Positions 1 through 15,541 of a DNA stretch of 64,000 nt are shown here, piece by piece. Both the position numbers and the translations under genes were made by a program. The stretch comes from Eledone cirrhosa (Eukaryota): assembly GCA_964016885.1 (NCBI GenBank), contig OZ024741.1, forward strand, positions 269,452,001-269,516,000, read 5' to 3'. Every line of letters begins with the position of its first letter. Position 1 is the first letter of the stretch. The notes below the pieces were generated by a model, which saw nothing but the letters and a program-made list of their open reading frames with translations, had not been told where the DNA came from and ran no database searches.

Positions 1-20
1 AGCATATGCATATCTTTACT

Positions 21-66
21 TGCTAACATTGTTTCATCCGCACTATAAGTGGGACTCATCAGAGCA
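21..66 (-). ncRNA. Hammerhead ribozyme (minimal type I), inverted-arm copy
   Basis: Reverse complement of the motif at 4892-4937. Confidence 0.8.
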
Positions 67-617
67 TAAAGGTTAATTACATACCATACAAGCAATAACA
101 AATCCAAGACATTGAAGAATGAAAGGTAATAATAGACGATAAAGGATAAGAATAAAAATAAAAGTAAAAATAAAAATAAAAATAAAAATAAAATAAGGGG
201 TGCTATCAGTCACAGTTGGGCGGGGTGCTGTCAACATATAGTTACATACGAGCATACACATGGATAAGAGAACAGACAATAGTAGACACATCGATAAGAG
301 AACAGACAAGATTAGATAAGATAATGGGATTAGGTAAGAGTAGGTAAAAAATAGGCGAAAAACAGACTTATAATATAAATAAGAAAATATAAAGAAATAC
401 AAAGAAATACATAACAAACTTACATATAAAATATAGGGTAAGGAATGAGATAAAATAATATAAAATTAAAATTAAAAATTATATACATAGAACATAATAT
501 AATATAATCGTAAAATAAGATAAAATAAGGTAAACTAAAATCAAATAACATAGACTAAATTAAAATAATATAATATAAGATATAATTAAATGTATAATTA
601 AATGTAATTAAATGTAA

Positions 618-657
<40 letters not shown>

Positions 658-1440
658 AAATTAAATAAATAAATAAAATTAAAATTAAAATTTTAAAATT
701 AAAATTTAAATTTAAATTTAAATAAATAAATAAATAAATAAATAAATGGAGTCAAGTAAGTAAATAAATAAAATTAGATAACATGAAATGAAATAAAATA
801 AAATGAAATAAAGTAAATTGAGATAAGATATATATTTTTTTTAAATATATCTCTTGAATATATCAGGGGCCCACGAAGGCACTAAGTGTCACAGTTATGT
901 GTATCACTTGACCAATTTTTTAAAATATATTTCTTGAAAACATCAGGGGCCCACGTAGGCACTAAGTGTCACAGTCACCAGTATCACTTGACCATTGCAA
1001 GGCAATGGAGGCGTCACAGGTTGGGCAGTCTCGAAAGTTCACTCGAAAGTCATGGGTGTGCATTCACACAGTTGAGCGGTGGGGTAATCACAAACCGGTT
1101 CACACACGTGCAGGAGTCCAATGGTCAGAGAGAGGTGCATCGAAGGAGGTAGAAGAATTCACGTGCATTAGCAAGCGAGGTGAGGCGGGTTAAAGCAAGC
1201 AGACACAGTTGTAGCGCATACAAAATATATATAAAAAGACAGAAGATATATAAAAAATAGCTTCAAGAGCCATTAAGTCACCGCATTGGGACATCACAAG
1301 ATTGTACACATCAATATGTTCAGCACGTATATGCACGTATACACACCACATGCATATGCAGAGACGGTATACATATATATATATATATATATTTTTATAT
1401 ATACAGACACATATAACCACCTACACCCATACACATATAA

Positions 1441-2745
1441 ATGTATACACGGACAGTGGACTTGGATAACCATACGTACACACCGTACCATAAGCCCAAT
1501 GAATTGCTGACTTACGTGAATACCAACTCCAACCACCCTAGATCTGTCATCAGCGGTATACTGAAGGGCGTATCTAATCGAATAAGTTCACTCTCACATA
1601 GTGAGGAGGCGTTTGACTCGCAGGCTGATTACTATAACGACGCCTTAGCTAGATCCGGCTTTAGGGACAAATTGTATTACACCCAGGGAAATAATGGTCC
1701 TAATAGTAGCTCTACCAGTGTTGTTATAACACATAATATGTCCATTGGTAATCGAGGTGTCGCGAATGGGAGGGTTCTAAATGCCGGTGGAATGAAACAG
1801 CAGGGCACCATTAGTCTAAGTAATAACAATAGAGGTGTCGTGAACGGGAGGTTTCTAGATGCCGGTGGAATGAACCAGCAGGGCACCATTAGTCTAAGTA
1901 ATAGCAATGGTAGGCCTCGCAGCTCCCCGCATAGACTAGGTGAGCATAGGAACCGTAGAAATAATAATGCTAATAATACTGATGGAAATAGAAAGAATAA
2001 AAAGAATAGAAGAAGATTGAATACATACTTCAACCCCCCTTTTAATTCTGAAGTGGCTATAAATATTCCTAGGGCCTTCTTCTCTGTGCTAGAACGGAAC
2101 TTCCCTCCTGGTAATAGGTACCACTCTATCCTCAATAAGAATGTTGTTAAACTTTCGTATTCTACAACCCAAAATCTGGCCTCTCATCTGGCCATTACTA
2201 ATAATAAGAAAATAAAGGAAGGCCTGGACAACCTAAGCCTAGGGGAAAACACGGTAGTGGATAGAGTGGGCAGAAACACTGGTGGTGATCTTTCTGAGAA
2301 TAGCATCACCAGAGGTTGTAACTGTAGAAGGGCTTCAGGCTGCCCCCTGAATGGTTTCTGCCTTGTTAGAAACATAGTTTATGCGTGTGATGTGGTAACT
2401 ACGGCGTCCACTATGACCTATATAGGATCAACTTCCACCCCCTTTAAGACCAGGTTTAACTCTCATCAATGCACTTTTAGACATAATAAACTGAGGAACT
2501 CCACCTCCTTGGCAGCGTACGTCCATAATTTAAAGAATGCACGAACACCTTACACACTTACTTGGCGGCAGGTTGCTAAATCCCATCCATATACTCCTCA
2601 TAGTAGAGTATGTAACCTGTGCCTTGCCGAATCCCACTCTATTATATTTGCTAAATGCCCTCTACTAAATAGAAAGTCTGAAATTTTTTCCTCTTGCCCC
2701 CACCGAATATTAAGCTCTTTCTTCTACTTTAAACCTGTTAGCTAG
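1441..2745 (+). pseudogene. C-terminal half of a PLE polyprotein (RT thumb, linker, GIY-YIG endonuclease), 5'-truncated
   Basis: Motifs YTPYHKPNE, SNHPRS, YFNPPFN, KLSYSTT, CNCRRASGCPLNGFC, IVYAC..TYIGSTSTPFKTRFNSH, CNLCLAE, LLNRKSE..CPH. Colinear with 61020-62315. The ATG and first residues come from the inverted arm, so this is not the native start. Confidence 0.9.
1750..1905 (+). repeat. In-frame 78-bp tandem duplication in the PLE linker
   Basis: NRGVANGRVLNAGGMKQQGTISLSNN followed by NRGVVNGRFLDAGGMNQQGTISLSNS. Confidence 0.9.
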
Positions 2746-4286
2746 CACTTCCTTATTCCTCCAGTTGGGCTGTCTTGTGTAACTGTCTCTGACTGTGTGT
2801 AACTGTCTCCTATTGTTGGTCGTCTATGTATACGAGTCTGTGAATGTATACGTATGCCTGTGGGAGGATATTGATCTTGATATTGGGGTGTGCAGGGGAG
2901 TGTATGTTAATAAGCACCCCTGTTTGGCACAGTGGATGTAACCCATCCACGCTGGCCTACCCACCATTAGTGCATTGGTGGACCTATCCTGACGTATATC
3001 TTGTTGATCTGTACCTCTGTATGCGCATGAGTTGTGATGTAATGTATTTATGTAAAGCGTGTACTGTGATTTAGGCTGCACTAGTGGAAATTTAGCCTGT
3101 AACTGTGGGCGGACCCGTGCCATCCCGCCGTAAGCAGTGGATACGTGGCGCATATACGTGTTGCCCTCATATTCTGTGGTTCAAGATCTACAGGCTGACC
3201 TCTGGGAGCTCTTACCCGGGGTTGTAGTCTTTCTAGCACGATCGGCCTTCCATATATTGACGGTCGTTTTGATGATCCCGAAAGTAACGTTTTGGCCCCG
3301 ATAGCCCTCCGTAGTTACTAACGGTCTGTGGCACGTGCAGACATGAATATCTCCGTAGGATTTCAACTTTATTTTACTTCATCGTATGTATTTGTTTTGA
3401 ATATATTACCTGTGGTGGTGGGTCTGGTCTAATGTGGTATTTCGGTGTTTAATATCGGCTTTGACCCGGGTGTCCTACGCTGTGTGTGTGTGCGTGTGTG
3501 TCCGTGTATACATTTATATGTGTATGGGTGTAGGTGGTTATATGTGTCTGTATATATAAAAATATATATATATATATATATGTATACCGTCTCTGCATAT
3601 GCATGTGGTGTGTATACGTGCTGAACATATTGATGTGTACAATCTTGTGATGTCCCAATGCGGTGACTTAATGGCTCTTGAAGCTATTTTTTATATATCT
3701 TCTGTCTTTTTATATATATTTTGTATGCGCTACAACTGTGTCTGCTTGCTTTAACCCGCCTCACCTCGCTTGCTAATGCACGTGAATTCTTCTACCTCCT
3801 TCGATGCACCTCTCTCTGACCATTGGACTCCTGCACGTGTGTGAACCGGTTTGTGATTACCCCACCGCTCAACTGTGTGAATGCACACCCATGACTTTCG
3901 AGTGAACTTTCGAGACTGCCCAACCTGTGACACCTCCATTGCCTTGCAATGGTCAAGTGATACTGGTGACTGTGACACTTAGTGCCTTCGTGGGCCCCTG
4001 ATGTTTTCAAGAAATATATTTTAAAAAATTGGTCAAGTGATACACATAACTGTGACACTTAGTGCCTTCGTGGGCCCCTGATATATTCAAGAGATATATT
4101 TAAAAAAAATATATATCTTATCTCAATTTACTTTATTTCATTTTATTTTATTTCATTTCATGTTATCTAATTTTATTTATTTACTTACTTGACTCCATTT
4201 ATTTATTTATTTATTTATTTATTTAAATTTAAATTTAAATTTTAATTTTAAAATTTAAATTTTAATTTTATTTATTTATTTAATTT

Positions 4287-4342
<56 letters not shown>

Positions 4343-4891
4343 TTACATTTAATTACATTTAATTATACATTTAATTATATCTTATATTATATTATTTTAA
4401 TTTAGTCTATGTTATTTGATTTTAGTTTACCTTATTTTATCTTATTTTACGATTATATTATATTATGTTCTATGTATATAATTTTTAATTTTAATTTTAT
4501 ATTATTTTATCTCATTCCTTACCCTATATTTTATATGTAAGTTTGTTATGTATTTCTTTGTATTTCTTTATATTTTCTTATTTATATATATTATAAGTCT
4601 GTTTTTCGCCTATTTTTTACCTACTCTTACCTAATCCCATTATCTTATCTAATCTTGTCTGTTCTCTTATCGATGTGTCTACTATTGTCTGTTCTCTTAT
4701 CCATGTGTATGCTTGTATGTAACTATATGTTGACAGCACCCCGCCCAACTGTGACTGATAGCACCCCTTATTTTATTTTTATTTTTATTTTTACTTTTAT
4801 TTTTATTCCTATCCTTTATCGTCTATTATTACCTTTCATTCTTCAATGTCTTGGATTTGTTATTGCTTGTATGGTATGTAATTAACCTTTA

Positions 4892-4937
4892 TGCTCTGAT
4901 GAGTCCCACTTATAGTGCGGATGAAACAATGTTAGCA
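4892..4937 (+). ncRNA. Hammerhead ribozyme (minimal type I) in the PLE terminal repeat
   Basis: tgct-CTGATGA-gtcccac ttata gtgcggat-GAAAC aat GTT-agca. Stem I tgct/agca. Confidence 0.82.
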
Positions 4938-5071
4938 AGTAAAGATATGCATATGCTATAAGCGTTCTTTGTTATTTATTATATTACGGCTCTGTCCTCA
5001 GACATTGAGCTAACCTCATACTGCCTGCTGGATAAGTGGAGTGTTATACACCCCTGATCCTTTCCCTAGCA

Positions 5072-5604
<533 letters not shown>

Positions 5605-5615
5605 TATATGTATAT

Positions 5616-5691
<76 letters not shown>

Positions 5692-5715
5692 ATATATATA
5701 TATTATATATATATA

Positions 5716-5810
<95 letters not shown>

Positions 5811-6161
5811 TATTATATATATATATATATATAATGTATATATATATATATATAAATGGAAAAAATTAAATTTCATTTCTCACTCTGAGTACGGCTGATA
5901 CTTAAATATAAGTATGTATACGTACATACATATATGTATACAGACGTACAGTAGTATGTATATACATACATAGATGCACACATACATATATGTGCGTATG
6001 GGATTACCGAACATTTATCATAATGTTCGGTTTGTTTGTAAAATAACAACCCAACCAGGAACAGTGAAATAACAACCCAACAAGGAACTGGGCATATCAG
6101 AGTATTGACAACATTATACACCTCAACAACATATGTACTTGTCTATACCATACTAATTCAA

Positions 6162-6216
6162 ACTGCCTGAAGAGGTCACAGCCAAAGATGGCTGTCACCG
6201 AAATATATATAGCAGT
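6162..6216 (+). ncRNA. Hammerhead ribozyme (minimal type I)
   Basis: actgc-CTGAAGA-ggtcacagcca aaga tggctgtcacc-GAAA tatata TA-gcagt. Confidence 0.85.
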
Positions 6217-6296
6217 AATAAACGAAGCTAAATTTTAAACATTTGACTTTTTATTTTACTTTATTTTACATTACTCCGGAGTAAACAAACCAACCT

Positions 6297-6938
<642 letters not shown>

Positions 6939-7251
6939 CTTGTGTTTCCCAGGCATGGAGGAGGGTGAACATATTTTTGCCTGCAGAATATCACATAAAC
7001 ACAAATTCATCTTACGAAATCGCTCCAATACCAGTAACAAATGCAAATACTGCAACTTGGATTGCATAAGGGTCACCATAGAAATAATTTTAATGAATAA
7101 AAGCTTTATGTAATCACAGCTTCTTTCTTAATGTTATTCTTATATAAGAATCGGAAGTAACCACAGTAAGTAAGGTACTCAATACATAGCAGAGTATAAA
7201 AGTTTTAATATAGAAGAGCTTCTACAGGACTAGAACTGTTTCATTATATAT

Positions 7252-7362
7252 AGAGTTCAAATCCCGCCGAGGTCAACTTTGCCTTTCATCCTTACGGGGT
7301 CGATAAAATAAAGTACCAGTAATGTACTGGGTAATTGTTGGCCTTGTGCCAAAAGTAGAAAC

Positions 7363-7368
<6 letters not shown>
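7252..7368 (+). mobile_element. SINE 3' fragment (octopod-type tRNA-derived SINE)
   Basis: gagttcaaatcccgccgaggtcaactttgcctttcatccttacggggtcgataaaataaagtaccagt, present about 10 times in the window. Confidence 0.85.
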
Positions 7369-7397
<29 letters not shown>

Positions 7398-7699
7398 ATA
7401 CAATAACAGAGAAAGCTTTAAGCTAAACTCCGACTGGTAACCATCTCACTCAACAAACATTAGGATATACGTTAGTATAATTGCAATTTAGTGTTTGGGG
7501 TGCTAACTATATATATTTTGTGGAAAGCCAGTTGTATTATTTATTTATTTATTTACGTAGACCATGGAGCATATGCGCATAAACGCACCTGTACCGTGTC
7601 GTATTTGAGACAGTATTGTATAAGCTCAATGTACGAGAACAGAGACGTTATATGTAAAAGAAATCAAAGAACGCCTACATACTCATACAATTTTTATTT

Positions 7700-7744
7700 G
7701 CTGACAATGTTTCATCCATACCATTGGGCAGGAATCATAAGAGC
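7700..7744 (-). ncRNA. Degenerate HHR in a PLE terminal-repeat remnant
   Basis: gct-CTTATGA-ttcctgcc caat ggtatggat-GAAAC att GTC-agc. Core G5 mutated. Same layout as 4892-4937. Confidence 0.6.
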
Positions 7745-8169
7745 TTTATAAACAAAAATACAGTGCTGAGTATAAGCTCTACCGAGCTTAGTCACATGAC
7801 CATTAGAAATACAATAGGGAGATCGTGCAACAAGAGGGAGATCTTGAATGGTGAGTATGGAGAGAGTGCATGGTGGGCTTGTTATTCAGCACTACAGCTA
7901 AATGCAATGGTACAGGCAGATATTTTCACAAGATGCAGAAGCACGTGAGGGCATAAAAAGGCAAAAAGTATAAACAATAGTCAAAACATATAATAAAAAG
8001 TAAAAGGAAATTAATAATATAAAGAGATAAAAAAATTAAAAAATTAAAAAAGAAAAAAAGAAAAGGTTTTAAAGCACACAAAAACAGAGGAAGCTATGCG
8101 TTGGTCACTATATATAACAGGTGATTTAGTCTTAGGTCCTCCTATGCCTTGCATCATATTGGGCAATGA

Positions 8170-8615
8170 GTCTGATCCAATTTACATAAGCTGCGGCATC
8201 TTGCATAGTTTCCCTGTCCAGTCCAATCCTCTGGAGATCTTTAAAGTTCAGTGTCAGGTTTTCTTGGTTTTCCCTTTTTTTATGCTTACCACCGACTGGA
8301 ATCCATACAGAATGTATCCAGCCTGTTTCAGGCGCCTTTAAACAATGGTGTCAGTTAGTAGCCTCTGATTGCTTTTCTTCAGCACCTCTATATTAGTAAA
8401 CCAGTCTCAATAAGTTAATTTCAGGATTTTTCCTAGACATCTTAGTTGGAAAACATTGAGCTTCTTTATAATTTTGGTAGTCATTTTCCAGGTTTCACTA
8501 GCATATCTAGCAGTTGTCGTTATAATACTGTTGAAGAGCTGCACTTTGGTGGACGTGGAGATTATTTGCAATGACCAAATGTTTCTCATGTGCTGAAATG
8601 CGCCTGATATCTTTC

Positions 8616-8620
<5 letters not shown>
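8170..8620 (-). pseudogene. RTE-like LINE ORF2 3' fragment
   Basis: TKVQLFNSIITTTARYASETWKMT..KKLNVFQLRCLGKILKLTY followed by stop codons. Confidence 0.8.
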
Positions 8621-8707
<87 letters not shown>

Positions 8708-8709
<2 letters not shown>

Positions 8710-8905
8710 TTTATCCCGGGTTCAATCGGGGTAACCACAGTAAGTAAGGTACTCAATACATAGCAGAGTATAAATATTTAATATAGAAATGGCTCCTACA
8801 GGAGGACTAGGACTGTTTCATTCGGGAGAAATCATCAGGAAGCCCTGATGTTTTCTCCCCCGAATGAAACAGTCCTAGTCCTGTAGAAGCCATTTCTATG
8901 TTAAA
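8708..8905 (-). mobile_element. Short HHR fold-back element
   Basis: Minus strand 8792-8843: gcttc-CTGATGA-tttctcccgaat-GAAA cag..ctg TA-ggagc. Inverted partial copy at 8845-8900. TA-rich flanks. Confidence 0.8.
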
Positions 8906-9711
8906 TATATATATATATTTAGAAACGATAAAGTATATAGCTCCGATATATTTTCTTATGGACTTAGAAAGAACTACAAGGTAATATGACAACAGCATTG
9001 TTATCATATTTTTAACATTTACAGTCCAATTCCCATTGTGTTACATTTCAAACAAAACACCATTTTCTACATTTTACACAATGCTTCAAGTAAACTACAA
9101 CACCCCTACACATACAAACAAATATATACATACATGTACACATGCATGTGTTTATATATATATGTGTGTATATATATGTGCGTATTTATATATGTGTGTA
9201 TATACATAAATATATGTATGTATGTATGTATATATATACATATGCATACATACATACATACATACATACATACATACATACATACATACATACATACATA
9301 CATACATACATACATACATACATACATACATACATAGATGTGTGTGGTGTTCTAGAAATGTGAGGATAGGCGAGTGAGAAGGCTGTTGAGGAATTTAAAA
9401 GTAGCGTCAGCTTCATATATGTCAGTGCTGCGTTGCTTTTTCAAATATTTCATACTTCAAAAGCACCATACATAAATTTATTGATTGATTCTTCTTAACT
9501 GATCGAACACCAGTGCCTGTTATTTCTCTCTTTGCACAATGCATTACTCTCAACTGACTATATATGCGTATGCATGTAACTATATGCATATAAGTATAAG
9601 TATATGTATATGTATATGTATATGCCGATGCATGTTTATATAAGTGTATGTAGTATGTACCCATGTAGCTATGCACATTTCTATATATATGTATATGTGT
9701 GTGTATGTGTG

Positions 9712-9773
<62 letters not shown>

Positions 9774-9820
9774 TGCGTGCTAGCGTTTAAGTGAATATCT
9801 GTGTACATATATATATATAT

Positions 9821-9965
9821 AGGAAAAGAGTCAATACCCCGACGGCTGAGCTCCGGCCGTTTCGACCGCTAAATCCGAACTAAGCCACCAATATTAGCCA
9901 CTCTACTATCCTAAGTATCAAGTACCCTGGTGCGTTATGGTCCACCTGGTATCTTACCACACCTA
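9821..9965. mobile_element. Short PLE-end family copy with internal inversion (family also at 14083-14201, 48862-49052, 58104-58264)
   Basis: Antisense HHR 3' half (GAAAcggc..gccGTC) joined to the sense 3' end cactctactatcctaagtat..ggtgcgttatggtccacctgg. Confidence 0.75.
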
Positions 9966-9966
9966 C

Positions 9967-10337
9967 ATATATGTGTTCTAATCACAAGGGACGTATAACC
10001 GCCAGGGTGAAGACATTATAAACTATGGATAATATGGTTCGCTAGACTCAATTAAAAGGATACATTAAGAAAAGAAGCCGTATTATGATGGTTGGCAGTT
10101 ACGGCCCTTGCCAGTCTGAGTTCAAATCCCGCCGAGGTTAACTTTGCCTTTTATCCATACAGGGTCGATAAAAGAAAGTACCAGTAATGCACTGGGTAAT
10201 TGTTGGCCTTGTGCCAAAAGTAGAAACAATTATGATAACTATCCTTTTAATTCAATCTAGCGAACCGTATAATCCATAGTTTATAACTTCTTCACCTTGG
10301 CGGTATATAGCCCCTCGTCATTTGAACACATATATGT
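9967..10337. mobile_element. Element with ~95-bp inverted arms and a SINE fragment in the middle (related to 18168-18695)
   Basis: catatatgtgttctaatc...caattaaaaggata mirrored at 10239-10337. SINE fragment at 10095-10232. Confidence 0.7.
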
Positions 10338-10528
10338 ATATATCTGTGTTTTGCTCACCTTAAGACGCCATGCTTTGTAGCATAGTTACGTCTCTTTATG
10401 GTCTGGCTTCAAATCCCGCCAAGATTAACTTTGCCTTTCATCCTTACGGAGGTTGATAAAGTAAAGTACCAGTAATGCACTGGAATAATTGCTGGCCTTG
10501 TGCCAAAAGTAGAAACACTTATATATAT

Positions 10529-10601
<73 letters not shown>

Positions 10602-10780
10602 GATATGACTCTATGAAATATGTAATTTGCTTCAGGGTCACATAGTAATACAATTCCACGTGAGTGGGACATTGGGCAAGTGACTACTACTTTGTGGATG
10701 GAATTTAGCAGGCAGAAGCCCGTCATAATTTTTTCCATTTCCTTCGGCCCGTCCCTCAATCTATCTTATTTCTCATTCTT

Positions 10781-10816
10781 TCTTCTGATGAAGGATTAGA
10801 GTCCGAAACGTTAAGA
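10781..10816 (+). ncRNA. Hammerhead ribozyme (minimal type I)
   Basis: tctt-CTGATGA-agga ttagag tcc-GAAACGTT-aaga. Palindromic aacgtt in place of stem III. Confidence 0.72.
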
Positions 10817-10905
10817 CCCTCTTCCTGCTATATCAAGCGTTCACGTAATATATCCCTTCCATATACTGTACCGATTGTGTTGTTATTTCTGTTTACCTTT
10901 TACAA

Positions 10906-11007
<102 letters not shown>

Positions 11008-11164
11008 GTAGGAGGTGAGTTTTATTGTAGCACAATAAAGCAATGCAAATATCGGATAAGTAGCACTCCACAGTTTATAGGACTGGAGTATAAATAATAT
11101 AAGATTTGTTGATTTAACACTTCACTGCTCGCAAGTGTTTTTTAAGCTTCATATCATGTCTCCC

Positions 11165-11230
11165 TATTTTATCTGATGAGAACGCAAATATCATCCCATG
11201 ATTTGTTTTTGAAATGCGCATAATAAAATA
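11165..11230 (+). ncRNA. Hammerhead ribozyme (minimal type I)
   Basis: tattttat-CTGATGA-gaacgcaaatatcat ccc atgatttgttttt-GAAA tgcgca TA-ataaaata. 8-bp stem I. Palindrome atgcgcat. Confidence 0.8.
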
Positions 11231-11279
11231 CATGGAACTCTTTTAACCATCTTTTGATCTTATATTATATATATATATA

Positions 11280-11397
11280 TTTCGTTTCTGAATTTGTTTA
11301 GCAAGATTCTTTATCTGAAAAGGTGTCTTGAAACCGATACTATTATACTTTGGGAGGGTCATGTTGCCATTATTGGCAACATGACCCTCCCAAAGTA

Positions 11398-11402
<5 letters not shown>
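11280..11402 (-). mobile_element. Minimal fold-back of a PLE 3' end (same family as 12262-13572, 50165-50705, 51160-51281)
   Basis: ttatactttgggagggtcatgttgcca/tggcaacatgaccctcccaaagtataa. (TA)n on both sides. Confidence 0.8.
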
Positions 11403-11460
<58 letters not shown>

Positions 11461-11710
11461 GTTGTTAAAGACTCGGCAATTTTCAAATTTCTAGATTTCG
11501 TCGTTTCTAGACTTTCACAGTCACATCATCATGCGATGCTGTTGCTTTATTTTCATTGCCTCTTTTACTATAGGTATATATATATTAAAACATTTTGTAC
11601 AGTTCTTACTTCATTCTAGGGTTTTTTCTTCTGCCAGAATTTGAATGAAACATGACCATATATTGTAAGTCACCGGTTAGTATATTTTACTCGATATTAT
11701 TCTTGGTGAC

Positions 11711-11900
11711 AGCGGTGGATTGGCAGTATCGGTAGAGAGTCGGACGTCATGCTTTGAAGCATAGAATTACGGCCCTTTCCATTATGAGTTCAAATCCCGC
11801 CGAGGTCAACTTTGCCTTTCATCCTTATGGGGTCGATAAAATAAAGTACCAGTATATGTACTGGGTACTTGCTGGTCCTGTGCCAAAAGTAGAAATAATT
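11711..11900 (+). mobile_element. Near full-length tRNA-derived SINE with target-site duplication
   Basis: A-box-like tggcagtatcgg, B-box-like gagttcaaatcc. 19-bp direct repeat attattcttggtgacagcg at 11696-11714 and 11898-11916. Confidence 0.88.
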
Positions 11901-12152
11901 ATTCTTGGTGACAGCGCTTTAGCTTGTGTCAGACGCTGTGAGCCCGGGTGGACCAGCAGTACTGTTGGTAGGGATCGAAACTACCAAGGTCCCTCTCAAC
12001 AGCTGATGACCGTGGAGCACTGTGCCTTTCGTTTTTATTTTTTTTTTTTTAATTATTTTTAAGGTTTCCCTTTAAAAAAAATTGTTTTTCGTTTTGCCTT
12101 ATTTTCGTCCGTTGTCTTGTCCTCTAACTTCACATATCTATATCTATCTATC

Positions 12153-13603
<1,451 letters not shown>

Positions 13604-13685
13604 CCACTCTCCAGCGTGAAACTAATATTAACATTTTGTACTGCCTCTTCGTTTCCTCCTTGTTGTTTTTTTGTTTTCTGTTTCA

Positions 13686-13781
<96 letters not shown>

Positions 13782-13782
<1 letters not shown>

Positions 13783-13969
13783 AGATTAGAGCAAACATCA
13801 CGGGCGCTCTATCTCAAAATTATTTTTGAAAAGCATTAGAAATGCGCCACCGGTATAAACTTAAAACTAAAACTGAATACTAACCAATACTTATTTCTAA
13901 TTTTTACCTATTCCTAATTAAACTATTTTTCACTGGGAACAATTTGTCAGCCATTTTCTTTTCCTTTTA

Positions 13970-13975
<6 letters not shown>
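13782..13975 (+). mobile_element. TA-flanked short element (inverse copy at ~52405-52592) with a degenerate HHR-like motif
   Basis: Homologous to the reverse complement of 52405-52592, where the motif reads ttt-CTGAAAA-gcatt aga aatgc-GCAA ccgg TA-aaa. Confidence 0.65.
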
Positions 13976-14049
<74 letters not shown>

Positions 14050-14082
14050 TATATATATATATTTATATATATATATATATAT

Positions 14083-14200
14083 AACGAAGAAAATGTGGTA
14101 AGGAACCAGGTGGACCATAACGCACCAAAGTACTCAATACTTAGGGTAGTAGAGTGGGTAATAGGAACAAGTAAGACCCCGTCGGCGTCTTACTTGTTCC

Positions 14201-14201
<1 letters not shown>
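14083..14201 (-). mobile_element. Short PLE-end fold-back element
   Basis: Family of 48862-49052. Terminal hairpin ataggaacaagtaagac/gtcttacttgttcctat. Confidence 0.8.
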
Positions 14202-14232
<31 letters not shown>

Positions 14233-14355
14233 TATATATATAATTACTACTGATTAGCTGAACGAGTTTAAATAAACGTACTATATATATATACAACCCT
14301 TATCGAGTCCTCTTTGAATTTTGGTCTTTGTATTTTATTATTACTACTACTACTA

Positions 14356-14540
14356 GGGCGGTGGATTGGCAGTATCGGTAGAGGGTCGGACGCCATGCTT
14401 TGCAGCATAGAGTTAGGTTAACTTAGCCTTTCATCCTTACGGGGTCGATAAAATAAAGTACGAGTATGGCACCTGGGTCGATTTAATCGACTTTCCCCTC
14501 CCCCCAAATTTCTGGCCTTGTGCCTATATAAGAAACCATT
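14356..14540 (+). mobile_element. tRNA-derived SINE (internally deleted) within (CTA)n
   Basis: gggcggtggattggcagtatcggtagagggtcgg...gcctttcatccttacggggtcgataaaat. Confidence 0.85.
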
Positions 14541-15541
14541 ACTACTACTACTACTACTACTACTATATATGTATATAAAGTCCATTTATTTGATAATGGA
14601 GCTTGCCAGATTGCTAGTAGTGTGTGTTCCTATGTGTGTGTATGTATGTATATGTATGTGTATAAGCTACGCATCGCTGGAGTATATACTTTCTCTAGGA
14701 AATTTAACCCTTCTAGTTCTCTTTTTTCTCCCCGCTGCCCCCACACTGACACACACAGTTACACTCACACACACATTCACACACACACTCACGCATACAC
14801 GCACACACATTTACACACGCGTGCGCACCTCACCACACTCACACACTCCTACTCGCATTCTCACACACATGAAACTTACACACACACGCGCACTCATACT
14901 CACACACACACATACAAACTTACACACACACATTCACACACACTCGCACACATTCACACACACATACACATACAAACACACTGACACACACACACTCACA
15001 CACGCACACATATTTACACACGCGTGCACAACCCCCCCCCCCCCCCACACACACACACTCATACTCGCACGTCACACACACAAACTTATCATCATCATCA
15101 ACAACAACTATTAAGATAAAAGTCTAAGTTGATTATCTATATTTAATTCTTCCTGTTTGTGCAATTTTCTTAACTGTATAAGTTATCCATTAAATAATTT
15201 ATGTCTTTTGAAATCGATAATTTATTGTGCGGAATTATTTGCATCTAATGATTGAACTTCTTAGGATTATATTGGGTTGAGTGGAAATCCATTTAAGATT
15301 TAATCAACAAGAATATAATTTGAGAAATACTGATAGATCTTCCGACACAAATTTGTTAAAATATTTTTGAAGTTTAAAATATTACGATATGAGAAACTTT
15401 GAAATCCTTTGGAAGATATGAAAAATATGCCTAATTTTATATTCGGGATAATGATAGCTATAATCTTTGTATTTCTGACAAAATGAAAAAAATATATTCT
15501 AATCTATAGATAGTCTATCCTAAACATACGTTCATAATAAT

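Larger units (their letters stand above)
1..5070 (+). mobile_element. 5'-truncated Penelope-like (Naiad-like) retroelement with a long inverted copy of its 3' region at the 5' end
   Basis: 1-1455 is the near-identical reverse complement of 3499-4957. The spacer carries the RT-thumb/GIY-YIG ORF. An HHR lies near the 3' end, which runs into (TA)n at ~5075. The left arm probably continues beyond the window. Confidence 0.9.

Noticed and set aside
886-1193. Short ORFs duplicated at 3751-4058
   Set aside because: Duplicated only because of the inverted repeat, antisense to the element, and with no recognisable domain.
1677-2375. Antisense ORFs over PLE coding regions (also 61672-62993)
   Set aside because: Shadow ORFs of the real reading frame.
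3990-4025. cCTGATGttttcaaGAAAtata resembling an HHR core
   Set aside because: Core incomplete and no stem I partner.
6940-7110. Possible GIY-YIG remnant (VYVIFCRQKYV on the minus strand)
   Set aside because: Too short and disrupted to support.
11711-11800. tRNA-like A/B boxes (also at 24211)
   Set aside because: SINE heads with no complete cloverleaf, so not called as tRNA genes.
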